The notes under the pieces: model-generated
Told to the model about the DNA's origin: nothing
The model's database searches: none
The model's input: the letters and a program-made list of their open reading frames with translations, nothing else
In this document: in pieces, positions 30,576 to 40,535 of the stretch
How positions within the stretch are numbered: position 1 is the first letter of the stretch
How the letters are laid out: each line of letters starts with the position of its first letter
Source: an uncultured virus (IMG/VR IMGVR_UViG_3300042453_005981)
Lineage: Duplodnaviria; Heunggongvirae; Uroviricota; Caudoviricetes
IMG/VR virus record: IMGVR_UViG_3300042453_005981
Length of the DNA stretch: 56,930 nucleotides
Reading direction: 5' to 3' (one strand)
Position numbers and translations under genes: made by a program

Positions 30576-31184
30576 ATGCCACAATTTAATCTTCTAGGGG
30601 AAACACCATCCACTTATGTAAATGGACCTGGAAATAGATATATGATTCATCTTCAAGGTTGCAATCTTGGGTGCAAAAATTGTTTCAATCCTGAATCTTG
30701 GTCATTTAAGACTAAAAATCTTGTGTCAGTGGAATCACTTGCAAATAAAATCTTAGAAAACAATGTTGATGGATTAACTATTTCTGGCGGTGAACCCTTT
30801 CTTCAATCAGAATCTCTGCTTCATTTCTTGCAGTATTTGCATAGCAGTGAAATGCCATTTCCAAAAGGCATTTTAATATATTCAGGTTACACCGAAGAAG
30901 AACTTCAAAAAATCCCCGAATATTCTCAGATAATTAAATTAGTGGATGTAATTGTTTCAGGAAGATACAAAGAAGAATTAAGAGTGTACGAATCTTTGCT
31001 GAGCAGTAGTAATCAAAAATTTATTTGGGGTGAACAAAAAAATATCAAAGAAGAAGAATTGATAAATCAAAATTGCGAAATTATTATTGAAGAAAACGGT
31101 TTAAAACTTACAGGATTTCCAAATTTAACAGCTGAGATGAAACAAACTATGAAAGATTTAGGCGTGGAAATCAAGGTAATTTGA
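30576..31184 (+). CDS. Radical SAM activating enzyme, NrdG-like
   Basis: NGPG.R..HLQGCNLGCKNCFNP (CxxxCxxC), ISGGEPF, YSGY, SSNQ. Confidence 0.85.
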   Translation: MPQFNLLGETPSTYVNGPGNRYMIHLQGCNLGCKNCFNPESWSFKTKNLVSVESLANKILENNVDGLTISGGEPFLQSESLLHFLQYLHSSEMPFPKGILIYSGYTEEELQKIPEYSQIIKLVDVIVSGRYKEELRVYESLLSSSNQKFIWGEQKNIKEEELINQNCEIIIEENGLKLTGFPNLTAEMKQTMKDLGVEIKVI

Positions 31185-31251
31185 TCATAAAACTAGAAAT
31201 AACAAATAGGCTCCGCAGAATCATTGATTCGTTTTTGAGTCGAGGAAAAAA

Positions 31252-31950
31252 ATGAAAAATATTCTATCTACATTATCAGATCATGAGTTGGTGGCTATTT
31301 ACCAATCCAATTCAAATGAAACATACCTGGAAACACTTATTTCTAGATACGAAAAAATGCTTCGCAAGCTGTCTCATGCGCACACCTTGAAGCATCCAAA
31401 TACAAATTTAGAAGATAACTTACAAAATGCCAAACATGGGGCGATTATTGCTTTCAACAGATTCAATACACAATCTTCAACAGCATTATCTACATTTTTA
31501 CATACAACGGTGTATTATCATTTGCTAACATGTAGTGAAAATGAATCATTTGTAAATTGCCCCAGCAATTTAAGAGAAGTGAAATCATATTGCGCTGGTA
31601 AATATGATTCAGATTTAAACAAAAAAAATAAATTCGAAGAAAAATATCGTTTATTCAATGAAAAAGATATTGAAGAATTTAAAAAAACTAATATTGTTTT
31701 GTCTAATCCAATTTGTGTCACTGAAAAACTACCAGACTTAACTGTTTTCGATGAAAATTCTACAATTGATGAGATTCAAGTCAAATTATTTATTGAAACA
31801 CTACCCGAAGATGATAAACAGATTGTGTGTATGTTAATGGAAGGCTATTCTATTTCAAAAATTTCAAAAATTCTTTCATCATCGCATCAAAAAATCTCAG
31901 ATAAACAAATTAAAAAGAAATTGCAATCAATCCAAACATTATTCGTATAA
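31252..31950 (+). CDS. Divergent sigma-70-family sigma factor, SigH-like N-terminus
   Basis: LSDHELV..LETLISRYEKML, ED..Q.A..G...A..RFN, LSTFL, C-terminal LPEDDKQIV..EGYS..KISKIL HTH. Confidence 0.7.
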   Translation: MKNILSTLSDHELVAIYQSNSNETYLETLISRYEKMLRKLSHAHTLKHPNTNLEDNLQNAKHGAIIAFNRFNTQSSTALSTFLHTTVYYHLLTCSENESFVNCPSNLREVKSYCAGKYDSDLNKKNKFEEKYRLFNEKDIEEFKKTNIVLSNPICVTEKLPDLTVFDENSTIDEIQVKLFIETLPEDDKQIVCMLMEGYSISKISKILSSSHQKISDKQIKKKLQSIQTLFV

Positions 31951-31957
31951 TACTATT

Positions 31958-32488
31958 ATGGTTAATTATTATGCTATTCACGTTATGTCTGGTCGTGAAA
32001 ATAAAACCAGAGATTTGTTGTTAAGTAGAGCTGTGGCTCAAAAACAATGGCAAGATACAATACTAGACATTATTATTCCTACTGAAAAAGAATATATAAC
32101 TAGAAGAGGCAAAAGAGTGATTGCAGACAAAAAAGTTTTTCCAGGCTATATTTTTGTTAAAATGCACTTAGATGAAAATTCTGAAAAACTTGTGCAAGGA
32201 ACAGATGGTGTCACTGGTTTTGTTAGGTCAGGTAGCAAACCTGTACCTGTCGCAGAAAGAGAAATAGAACAAATCTTAAAAAATCTTGAAAATTCACAAG
32301 AAGATTCTCCGAAATCTAATTTTAAAGCCAATGATATTATTTCGATTATTTCTGGCGCATTTGCAGATTTTTCTGGAAAAGTTGAATCTATTGATGAATC
32401 AAAAGGAAAAGTGAAGGCTTATGTTAATATCTTTGGACGAGATACTCTTGTTGAACTTGCAATACAAGATGTTGAGCCTATGAAATAA
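31958..32488 (+). CDS. nusG: Transcription termination/antitermination factor NusG
   Basis: YAIHVMSGRENK, FPGYIFV, GVTGFV, KOW IISGAFADFSG.V, VNIFGRDT.VEL. Confidence 0.93.
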   Translation: MVNYYAIHVMSGRENKTRDLLLSRAVAQKQWQDTILDIIIPTEKEYITRRGKRVIADKKVFPGYIFVKMHLDENSEKLVQGTDGVTGFVRSGSKPVPVAEREIEQILKNLENSQEDSPKSNFKANDIISIISGAFADFSGKVESIDESKGKVKAYVNIFGRDTLVELAIQDVEPMK

Positions 32489-32490
32489 TT

Positions 32491-32519
32491 TTCCAGGTTT
32501 AACAATTCTTAAATATAAT
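32491..32519 (+). promoter_or_regulatory. Conserved sigma70-type promoter TTCCAG-GTTTAACA-N9-TATAAT (copy 1)
   Basis: Same 14-bp core and 17-bp spacing at 42187 and 47843. Confidence 0.7.
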
Positions 32520-32549
32520 CTTTTGTGTATTTACACATAAAAGATAATT

Positions 32550-33137
32550 ATGAAAAAAAATAACGATAATATAAGTGGAATGAATGATACCACAAATAGA
32601 GAAAAATTCGAAAAACTTTACAAGCAATCCCGTAGCAAACTTTACGGGATTGCTTTGTCTGTTGCAAGGGATGCAGATTTAGCAAATGATGTGTTGCAAT
32701 TAGCCTATCTTAAAGCTTGGCGTAATTTTGATGAATATGATCAAAACAAAAAGTTTTTAAATTGGATGACAACAATTGTTAGAAATGCTGGCATTGATCA
32801 AACAAGACAAAAGAAAAAACACAATCTTGCATTTTCAATTGATAGTTTGACTAATCCCACTGATGATAACAAATATCAAGAAATGTATATCGAAGATAAA
32901 TCTTCTGATATAATGCAAAATTATGAAAGAAAAGAATTAATGCAAGCAATACAAAAAGAAATCTCTAAAATGCCTGAAGAGCTCAAGCTGGTTTTTATAC
33001 CATTTGTCAAAGGTTTAACTTATGAAGAAATTTCTCAAGAAACAAATGTAACCCTTGCTACAGTAAGAGCTAGAGTTCACCGAGCAAAACAAATTTTAAG
33101 AAACAATGAAAATCTTGAAAACTTAGCAAGTTTTTAA
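32550..33137 (+). CDS. ECF-type RNA polymerase sigma factor
   Basis: FEKLY..LA.DVLQ.AYLKAW..F.NWMTTIVRN..ID, GLTYEEIS..TVRARVHRAK. Confidence 0.9.
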   Translation: MKKNNDNISGMNDTTNREKFEKLYKQSRSKLYGIALSVARDADLANDVLQLAYLKAWRNFDEYDQNKKFLNWMTTIVRNAGIDQTRQKKKHNLAFSIDSLTNPTDDNKYQEMYIEDKSSDIMQNYERKELMQAIQKEISKMPEELKLVFIPFVKGLTYEEISQETNVTLATVRARVHRAKQILRNNENLENLASF

Positions 33138-33161
33138 CGTATAATAAAGTAGGTAATAGAA

Positions 33162-33605
33162 ATGAAGAAAATTCTAACAATTATTCCAGCTCTCGCCGTT
33201 TTAGCTTCAGTCGCTCCTGCACAGGAAAAGATTGGGCTTCGACCAATTAAGCCACAAGTAAAGTCGCAATCAATGGCTACTTCCGTTTCAGATGGTAGTT
33301 TGTCTTTCTTGTATCTTAGGGATGGCTTGGATACAAGCTACACAGCTGTCTCCTACCCATTGTTCAACGTAAGTGGTCTTGGAAACAGGGTTCAAATCGT
33401 TGCACTTGGTGCATTTGACAGCAATTTCACAAAGACTAACATGTATCTCGGTACAGGTGTGTCTGTGAGCGTTCTTCGTAATTCTGGTTGGGAAGTTAAA
33501 GCATACGCTGGTTATAAAGGCTTCAACCTTGGACAAAACTTTAATGCCGCTCAAGGCTCAGAAGGAGTAGTTCTTGGTCTTGGTCTGACCATTCCTGTGC
33601 GATAA
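33162..33605 (+). CDS. Secreted or outer-membrane beta-rich protein
   Basis: Signal peptide ending APA-Q; alternating hydrophobic strands ending LGLGLTIPVR. Confidence 0.55.
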   Translation: MKKILTIIPALAVLASVAPAQEKIGLRPIKPQVKSQSMATSVSDGSLSFLYLRDGLDTSYTAVSYPLFNVSGLGNRVQIVALGAFDSNFTKTNMYLGTGVSVSVLRNSGWEVKAYAGYKGFNLGQNFNAAQGSEGVVLGLGLTIPVR

Positions 33606-33629
33606 TCCATTCGGCATTTCGTTTCTCCT

Positions 33630-33657
33630 AGTCCTCATAGCAATGTGAGGACTTTTT
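33630..33657 (+). terminator. Intrinsic terminator
   Basis: AGTCCTCA..TGAGGACT hairpin followed by a T run. Confidence 0.75.
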
Positions 33658-33683
33658 CTTTCAAACTTTGTATATATTAATAT

Positions 33684-34067
33684 GGGGCGCCCAGGCATTC
33701 GACAGAAGAGTATGGGTGTGCGTTGCATGTAGTGGGTGATTCTCCGGCCACTTCAAAAGAGAATCAAAAAATAAATGGCAAAAATGCTAAAAAGAATCGC
33801 AGAAATGGCTTTGGCTCTGCCCAAGCTGGCTTTGCAATGGTAGCCTAAGTGCTTCCTGGGGATACGTACAACCAAGCTAGTAGGGTGTCTATCTCTTAGA
33901 ATAAAGTCTAGCTAAAAAACATCTATGATCGAATGATGTAAAAGCGATATGCAGATTGTGTGGATTTGTTATTTGTTCCTAACAATTTAAGAAAAAACAA
34001 TAAACTAAACATGTAGTAACGTATATGACAGCTATTTTGGAAAGGGGTTCGACTCCCCTGCGCTCCA
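33684..34067 (+). ncRNA. ssrA: tmRNA
   Basis: 5' GGGGCGC..ATTCGAC pairs with 3' GCGCTCC-A giving a G3:U alanine identity pair; T-arm GGGGTTCGACTCCCC; tag ORF 33777-33848 after ATAAAT encodes GKNAKKNRRNGFGSAQAGFAMVA*; CCA not encoded. Confidence 0.93.
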
Positions 34068-34141
34068 AACTTTATTAAGGTATTTTCAGAAATACTTAGA
34101 TTCAAATAGGTTCAAATTGTGAATTTCCTTAATATAGGTTT

Positions 34142-34696
34142 GTGAACCACAAAAATTTAACACCTATATTCAAATTAAATAATCAGCTTTCACAAATAGA
34201 GAAAGTTAGTTTGGCTAATTTAATTGCTTTTCCAAATGATGTGGCACAAGATTTGTATGATGATATATTTAATACAAATGAAAACACTGCCATTGGCATG
34301 ATTGTATTAAGCACTGGTTTTATTATTGGTGGATTTGTTATAAAAATAATCCCAGGCTACCAATCAATAGCGTTAAAAGAAATTATAATAAATCCAAAAC
34401 TTAAATCACCGAAGCACACATCAAGAATGATTGACTATATAGGTGATTATGGTCTAGAAATTTTTGGGGAAAATTTCAAAGGCATATTTACAACCACGCT
34501 TTGTAATAAAAACAAAAAAGATCTGAATAACAAAAATTTTGTAAAAAGAAAAAGTATGTTAAATTCAGGAGCTATCACAGTTAAAGAATGTGCAAGAGTA
34601 AAAAATAATTTCATGCATTTCATTTACATTCCTTTCAATGGAGGACATGAATCGGATGAAGTTAAAGAAATTTTCTGGCAAATTGCGAAGAGCTAA
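34142..34696 (+). CDS. Hypothetical protein
   Basis: GTG start with AGG at -34. Confidence 0.55.
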   Translation: MNHKNLTPIFKLNNQLSQIEKVSLANLIAFPNDVAQDLYDDIFNTNENTAIGMIVLSTGFIIGGFVIKIIPGYQSIALKEIIINPKLKSPKHTSRMIDYIGDYGLEIFGENFKGIFTTTLCNKNKKDLNNKNFVKRKSMLNSGAITVKECARVKNNFMHFIYIPFNGGHESDEVKEIFWQIAKS

Positions 34697-35132
34697 CGTT
34701 CTCAAAGGAATAGCAATAATTTTGCTAGTTTGTTTATATAACAGGCAACAACACCAATTTTTTATTATTGTCAATGGCACATCTATGGAACCCACCCTCA
34801 AAAACCACTCTTTAGTTTATGTTAATCACGATTTTAAATCTATTGAAAAAGAAGACATAATTGTTGCTAATTGGAATAACGAGACTATAGTTAAAAGGGT
34901 TGTGGGTGTTGCTGGAGATAAATATGTTGCCAGTCTGTTTGGAGATTCTTTCACTCTTATTACCCAAGAATCACAATCTTCATTAAATTTCAAGCCATCA
35001 ACAAATTTAATTCTTTCAACAATTCCTACAGGATATTATTTTGTCGAAGGCGATAATATTGATACCTCCTATGATTCGCAAGATTTCGGGTTGATTCCTA
35101 GATCAAATATCATTGCAAAAGTAATTTTATAA
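34638..35132 (+). CDS. lepB: Signal peptidase I (S26)
   Basis: TM helix, GTSMEPTL (Ser), IVKRVVG..GD (Lys), GDN..SYDS..FG; exact start uncertain. Confidence 0.88.
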   Translation: MEDMNRMKLKKFSGKLRRANVLKGIAIILLVCLYNRQQHQFFIIVNGTSMEPTLKNHSLVYVNHDFKSIEKEDIIVANWNNETIVKRVVGVAGDKYVASLFGDSFTLITQESQSSLNFKPSTNLILSTIPTGYYFVEGDNIDTSYDSQDFGLIPRSNIIAKVIL

Positions 35133-35443
35133 TGTACAAAGTAATTATGTGGATAGAATTAGATTCAGAAGAATTAGATGTAATAACTGAAGCTTTGAAG
35201 CATTGTAATTTACATGGTATGAATTTTTTACTAAAATCGCAATTAAATTCGCTTTCACCGCGTAATATAAAACATAGCAAAAAAAATGCTGTTAAAGCTG
35301 CTCAGATATATTTTTCTGCTGATGATTTGATGGTTGAAGATGATTATGTTAAATGGACTGAAGAAGGTGATGCTCTTGTTATGTGCTGGCAAAAAGTTCC
35401 TAAAGAATTTATCGTGGAAGAAGATTGTGGTTGCGGTAAGTAA
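35132..35443 (+). CDS. Hypothetical protein
   Basis: TAATG overlap with the signal peptidase gene. Confidence 0.55.
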   Translation: MYKVIMWIELDSEELDVITEALKHCNLHGMNFLLKSQLNSLSPRNIKHSKKNAVKAAQIYFSADDLMVEDDYVKWTEEGDALVMCWQKVPKEFIVEEDCGCGK

Positions 35444-35594
35444 ACACAAATTTACAATCTTAGGGTTGTTGGCATTGAGTCTTTTATTCATTGAAGATAA
35501 AGATTTATTTGTTGTCCTTTTAATTGGCTCAATGATTGCTATTATTTACTCTTTTGTCAGGAATAAGCTTCATTGAATTAGAAATAAGTAAGAT

Positions 35595-36365
35595 ATGTCA
35601 ATATTCATTAAGCCTTATACTCGTGAATATAGTGTTATTGACCCAATTAAATCTGAATTTGATTCAAGTATAATCGTAAATAATAAAATTAAACCAGAAT
35701 TAAGAGAAAAAATTTTAAAAGCTACAGAAAAAATTTCAGATTATGTTGGACATGAGATAGATAAAATTTGGATTTTAGGTTCTTTACTTACTCATCAATA
35801 TTCTGAAGATTCAGATTTAGATGTAACTTTTTTTTTGAAGGATTCTCTAAACCCAGAAGATTACAAAGAGCTAAATAAAACGTGTGCTGATAAATTTAAT
35901 GATAAGCTTTTTGTTGAAAAACATCCTATAAATTTCTTTTTTGCAAAACCAAAATTCTTGAAGTACAAATCAGATGCAATTTATGACTTGATTAATGAAA
36001 ATTGGATTAAAAAGCCAGAAATTTTGTCAGAAGATGACGTTGAGGAAATAATTCGCAATTGCTCTTCGCTAGATGAATTTAATACAATATTAGAAGAATA
36101 CACTAATTTAAAAAATCTATTAGAAAACTTTGAAGGTGACTCCTCACAAATGACTGAGATTTTGAAGCAAACAGTAAAAGTCTCTAAAATGTTCAATGAA
36201 TTAAAAGACATCAGAAGAAAAGATTTTGAAAAAAAACCTGATCCTAATTTGCCTTCAGCAAATTTCAGATGCAGTAATATAATTTTTAAATTATTAGAGC
36301 AATATGGTTTAGGGGATATCGTTAATGATGTCAGTGAGTTTATTTCTTTTAGACTCAAAAATTAA
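35595..36365 (+). CDS. Pol-beta superfamily nucleotidyltransferase
   Basis: ILGSLLTHQYSEDSDLDV (GS..DxD), HPINFF, AIYDL..WIK.P. Confidence 0.7.
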   Translation: MSIFIKPYTREYSVIDPIKSEFDSSIIVNNKIKPELREKILKATEKISDYVGHEIDKIWILGSLLTHQYSEDSDLDVTFFLKDSLNPEDYKELNKTCADKFNDKLFVEKHPINFFFAKPKFLKYKSDAIYDLINENWIKKPEILSEDDVEEIIRNCSSLDEFNTILEEYTNLKNLLENFEGDSSQMTEILKQTVKVSKMFNELKDIRRKDFEKKPDPNLPSANFRCSNIIFKLLEQYGLGDIVNDVSEFISFRLKN

Positions 36366-36905
36366 AACCACTGGAGCTGGAAATACACCTTGTTGAATTG
36401 TTTTGTTTTTTGTTCTAATAAAAAAACAGCATGATGCTAAACCTGGCAATTTTATTGCATCATCAACCTTAAAATCTAAATATTCAGATATCATTTGATT
36501 GAAAGTGTGTTTGCTTGTAAATCCTAAAATGTAATTGCCATTTTTTTTTCTGCCAATATGAGAATGTGGTCCAGATAATATGTAATGGCTTGAAAACCCT
36601 TCTTCTTTGAAATTTTTTGTAGCCTGAAAATCTCTCACCAATGTTGGACCTGCTTGAATCATTGTTTCGGTTTCTTCAATTTGAAAAATTGCTCTTTTTT
36701 TGTTGCCACTTATTTGACTTTTTATCTTTCCATTGTCTTTAAGGAAACCCAACGGATGTCCTTTGAAATTGTAGTTACAAGCTACAGCTAAACCTATAAA
36801 ATTTTCATCTGGTGTCCAGTCGTATTCAATTCTATTTCTAAAAGTGTTTTTTGTAATTTCAATAAAACATTCTTCATCAGAATTTGTAATAATCTTGCAC
36901 TCCAT
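36309..36905 (-). CDS. Degenerate phosphodiester-glycosidase (NAGPA/DUF2233)-like protein
   Basis: [14 protein letters not shown]...[11 protein letters not shown] where the family has A.NLDGGGS. Confidence 0.45.
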   Translation of the reverse strand: MECKIITNSDEECFIEITKNTFRNRIEYDWTPDENFIGLAVACNYNFKGHPLGFLKDNGKIKSQISGNKKRAIFQIEETETMIQAGPTLVRDFQATKNFKEEGFSSHYILSGPHSHIGRKKNGNYILGFTSKHTFNQMISEYLDFKVDDAIKLPGLASCCFFIRTKNKTIQQGVFPAPVVLIFESKRNKLTDIINDIP

Positions 36906-36923
36906 GCGTATAATTATACAGAA

Positions 36924-37499
36924 ATGCTAATACCTTACGTTATTGAAAAAACTGGCGAGAACGAACGCTCGTATGATTTATTTTCCAGATTGCTGAAAGA
37001 TAGAATTATTATGCTTGGAAGTGGAGTGAATGAGCAAACTGCTAATGTTATCATTGCTCAAATGCTCTTTCTTGAAAAGGAAGATCCAAAAGCTGACATT
37101 CATTTTTACATAAACTCACCAGGTGGCTCAGTGTATGATGGACTTGCAATTTATGATGTCATGCAGTTTGTATCTTGCCCTGTTGCTACCACTTGTTTTG
37201 GAGTTGCGGCGTCTATGGGAGCTGTACTCTTAGCTGGTGGAGAAAAAGGCAAAAGAAGAATTTTACCTAATTCTCGTGTGATGATTCATCAAGTTTCATC
37301 AGGATTTAGAGGCACTACCGCAGATATCAATGTCCAAGCGAAAGAAACTAATTTTCTCATGGATAAACTTATGCAAATACTTTCTGGTCATACTGGAAAA
37401 ACTACCGAGCAAGTAAGAATAGATTGCGACCGTGATTATTGGATGAGTGCTGAAGAAGCTCTTGAGTATGGTATTATAGACGAGATTATAAAGAAATGA
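36924..37499 (+). CDS. clpP: ATP-dependent Clp protease proteolytic subunit
   Basis: [28 protein letters not shown] (Ser), RVMIHQ (His), [11 protein letters not shown]. Confidence 0.96.
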   Translation: MLIPYVIEKTGENERSYDLFSRLLKDRIIMLGSGVNEQTANVIIAQMLFLEKEDPKADIHFYINSPGGSVYDGLAIYDVMQFVSCPVATTCFGVAASMGAVLLAGGEKGKRRILPNSRVMIHQVSSGFRGTTADINVQAKETNFLMDKLMQILSGHTGKTTEQVRIDCDRDYWMSAEEALEYGIIDEIIKK

Positions 37500-37573
37500 A
37501 AAAAGCAATAATTTTTGATTTAAATCTTTGATAAAATAAAGGATTATTGCTATAATGTCAGAAAATATGAAGA

Positions 37574-38695
37574 ATGAAAGAAATTTTTTCAAAAATATCT
37601 GAACAAATAATGCATTCGCCAAATTTAAAACATTTAATTTTAGCCATTGGATTGAAATATAATACTTCAAATTACATTAAAGTTTCAAATTATATTAAAA
37701 ACAATAATATTAATGATAGTCATTTCCCTCACCCAAAAGATAAATTAAAATATATTTCGAATGAAGTGTTTATAGAAGCATATCACAAATCAAAATCTCT
37801 TGGTGAACTTTTGTCTCAACTTGGATTAAATCACTCTTACTATAAAAAATTGCATAAAAAAATTTTTGATTTGAAATTAGATGTTTCAAAATTTCAATTT
37901 GTTAAATGGTCTGAAGCTGAAATTGAGTGTCTCAAAGAAAATTATCCTACTAAAACAGAAGATGAATTAAAAATTTTATTTCCTAACAGAACAATTGAAG
38001 GACTACAAAGATATGCTTGTTATTATAAAATTAAAAAAACAAAAAATAATGTTTCTTCTAATTTACGTATTCTTTTAAATAATAATTTAGAATCTTTATA
38101 TTGGATAGGTTTTATTATGGCTGATGGTACAATTGATTTAAAACGTGGCAGGTTGAAAATTTCTGTTGACAAAAAAGATGCAGAACATTTATTCAAGTTT
38201 AAATCCTATATTGAATGCGAAAATTCTGTGAAAAATTATTGTCAATCAAAAAACGCTTTTGGCATTAGTGATTTAAGTGAAATTTCTTTATACAATAAAA
38301 ATGTTATTGAGAAAATCTCTGACAAATTTAATCTTAAACCAAAAAAAACATATAATCCTCCTGATTGTAAAATTTTTGAACAATTCGAAATTAATCAAAT
38401 TTTGTCTTTGATTATAGGCTACATAGATGGAGATGGATGTATTTATAAAAATAAAAATGGAAACATTGACATTAAAATAGTTAGTCACGAAAGTTGGATT
38501 TTTGTTTTTGAGTTTTGGCAAAAATGTATTGAAAAAAAATTCAAAACAAAAATTCCTTTTGCGAAAATAAATAGTTCAAAATTGTCACAAATAAATTTTA
38601 GCAAAAAACAAATTATTTTTGAATTAAAAAAGTTTGTTGAAGAAAATAATTTACCTGTACTCGAAAGAAAATGGAATAAAATTTCGTATAGTTAA
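37574..38695 (+). CDS. Free-standing double-motif LAGLIDADG homing endonuclease
   Basis: YWIGFIMADG and LIIGYIDGDG motifs, KKTY, C-terminal LERKW. Confidence 0.85.
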   Translation: MKEIFSKISEQIMHSPNLKHLILAIGLKYNTSNYIKVSNYIKNNNINDSHFPHPKDKLKYISNEVFIEAYHKSKSLGELLSQLGLNHSYYKKLHKKIFDLKLDVSKFQFVKWSEAEIECLKENYPTKTEDELKILFPNRTIEGLQRYACYYKIKKTKNNVSSNLRILLNNNLESLYWIGFIMADGTIDLKRGRLKISVDKKDAEHLFKFKSYIECENSVKNYCQSKNAFGISDLSEISLYNKNVIEKISDKFNLKPKKTYNPPDCKIFEQFEINQILSLIIGYIDGDGCIYKNKNGNIDIKIVSHESWIFVFEFWQKCIEKKFKTKIPFAKINSSKLSQINFSKKQIIFELKKFVEENNLPVLERKWNKISYS

Positions 38696-38697
38696 AT

Positions 38698-39219
38698 ATG
38701 AAAAATAATTTAAAAGCAATAGTTATGGACCTGGATGGAGTGGTTGTAAATAGCTCATCAAGGTTTAAAAGATTGAATCTTGATGCCTTTATTCGCAGAG
38801 ATGCAAAAGCTTGGATAAAATCAGTGGAATGGTACAATGCTGATTGCAGAGGCGATGAAGTGATTGATTTGGGTGTTGATTTACTTGAAATGCTATGCAC
38901 ATTTTACAAACCAGATTGTGTGTTTTTTATCACAGCTAGAGGGCATGGCGGATATAAACCCACTTTGCAATGGCTTAAAGATGAAGGGATTTGGAAAGAA
39001 GATTGTGTTTTGATTATGCAACCAGAAGATTTTGATAATTACCACTTCTACACACAATCTGACCATGCTTCATATAAGAAAAAAGAAGCTCTGAAAATTA
39101 TGGAAAATTATGAGATTGTGTATGCTGTGGACGATAGCGAAGACAATGTTCAGGCATACAGAGATTTAAAAATTCCCACGCTGAAGTTTTGTGTGCCTAT
39201 CGGAAGAGTGCTGGTTTAA
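38698..39219 (+). CDS. HAD phosphatase, polynucleotide kinase 3'-phosphatase-like
   Basis: MDLDGVV, FITAR..T..WL, YKK, AVDD. Confidence 0.75.
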   Translation: MKNNLKAIVMDLDGVVVNSSSRFKRLNLDAFIRRDAKAWIKSVEWYNADCRGDEVIDLGVDLLEMLCTFYKPDCVFFITARGHGGYKPTLQWLKDEGIWKEDCVLIMQPEDFDNYHFYTQSDHASYKKKEALKIMENYEIVYAVDDSEDNVQAYRDLKIPTLKFCVPIGRVLV

Positions 39220-39239
39220 TTTTTAATTTGGGTGAATGG

Positions 39240-39584
39240 ATGAGAAGAAAGATTAAAGATAGTGTGATTGAAAATTTAGAATGCGTTTGCCATTGTTTTT
39301 TAGCGCTATCTATGCTGATTAGTTTCTTCATTTCAATATTTTCTCTCCCTTCTTTTTTGCTAAGAGATATAGGACCTTTTACAAGAGACGTAGGAATAAT
39401 TGCATTTATATGGTTCTTGATATCGCTTATATGTTTTAAAGTTAATGATACAAAAGGCTTCTTAAAATTTTTGCATAAAAGAAATGACAAAATAGATGAA
39501 GAAGAAAAAGCTAGACAGCAGGCTCTGCTTCTAGAAGCCGAAGAAAGAAACAGGGCTGAACTTCAGATTTGGGTGAATGGATGA
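39240..39584 (+). CDS. QIWV-family membrane protein 1
   Basis: Two TM segments, charged helix, ends QIWVNG; start after the TTTGGGTGAATGG junction. Confidence 0.7.
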   Translation: MRRKIKDSVIENLECVCHCFLALSMLISFFISIFSLPSFLLRDIGPFTRDVGIIAFIWFLISLICFKVNDTKGFLKFLHKRNDKIDEEEKARQQALLLEAEERNRAELQIWVNG

Positions 39585-39904
39585 GAAGAAAGATTAAAGA
39601 TAGTGTGATTGATACTTTAGCAACCGTTTTGTTTTGCTTTCTTTTTCTATCTTGTCCGATTAGCTTTGTCATCTTTCTATGGTATGCCTCTGGGGACGTT
39701 TCTCCGTACATAACAGGAATTGCATTTATATATTTCTTGATATCGCTTATAGGTAGTGCATTTTATAATATAGATGGCTCACTAAACTTTTTGCGTAAAC
39801 GAAATGGCAAAATTGATGAAGAAGAAAAAGCTCAACTTCAAGCTAAAGCTCAAGCTGAAGCAGAAAGAACTAGAATTGAATCTCAGATTTGGGTGAGCGA
39901 ATGA
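39581..39904 (+). CDS. QIWV-family membrane protein 2
   Basis: Two TM segments, ends QIWVSE; ATGA overlap. Confidence 0.7.
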   Translation: MRRKIKDSVIDTLATVLFCFLFLSCPISFVIFLWYASGDVSPYITGIAFIYFLISLIGSAFYNIDGSLNFLRKRNGKIDEEEKAQLQAKAQAEAERTRIESQIWVSE

Positions 39905-40227
39905 AAAGAAAGTTAACTGAAAAGACAGAAGCTGCTTTAATTCTCTTTCTTTTTATTTTCCTTTTGCTATCTATTTTGATTAGCTTTTGCATCTCTGTAC
40001 GTTGGTTCTTTTGGTGCAATAACTGGAACGTAGCACTAATTGCATTTATATGGTTCTTGATATCGTACAAATGTTTTGTAGGTTTTATATGGAACGATGG
40101 CATCTCAGACTTTTTGCATTCAAGAAATGACAAAATAGATGAAGAAGAAAAAGCTAGACAGCAGGCTCTGCTTCTGGAAGCTGAAGAAAGAAACAGGGCT
40201 GAACTTCAGATTTGGGTGAATGAATGA
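39901..40227 (+). CDS. QIWV-family membrane protein 3
   Basis: Two TM segments, ends QIWVNE; ATGA overlap. Confidence 0.7.
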   Translation: MKRKLTEKTEAALILFLFIFLLLSILISFCISVRWFFWCNNWNVALIAFIWFLISYKCFVGFIWNDGISDFLHSRNDKIDEEEKARQQALLLEAEERNRAELQIWVNE

Positions 40228-40535
40228 AAGACGGAAAGTATACAAAAGAAGATAAAAGATATATGGAAAGTATGTGGATTGACTTTGGTGTTATACTTGT
40301 GTTTGCTATTCCATGCTGTTCTAATATACCTGGATTAGAAAATTATGGGATTATTACAGGAATAATTCCTATCGTACTTTTTTTTGGTGTGATATTTTTA
40401 ATTCGAAAGTATGTGCGCACACACAATCAAAAGATAGATAAAGAATTTCAAGCTGAACAGGAGAAAAAGGAAGCTGAACTTCAAGCTAAAGCAGACAAAG
40501 AAAAAGCTAATTCTCAGATTTGGGTGATCGAATGA
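40224..40535 (+). CDS. QIWV-family membrane protein 4
   Basis: Two TM segments, ends QIWVIE; ATGA overlap. Confidence 0.7.
   Translation: MKDGKYTKEDKRYMESMWIDFGVILVFAIPCCSNIPGLENYGIITGIIPIVLFFGVIFLIRKYVRTHNQKIDKEFQAEQEKKEAELQAKADKEKANSQIWVIE

Noticed and set aside
34030..34070. Stand-alone tRNA
   Set aside because: The T-arm and acceptor half pair with 33684-33690 about 380 nt upstream with a tag ORF between, so this is a tmRNA
37574..38695. Intein or group I intron hosting the LAGLIDADG ORF
   Set aside because: clpP and the downstream HAD gene are both complete, there are no intein terminal motifs, and flanking space is too small for an intron core
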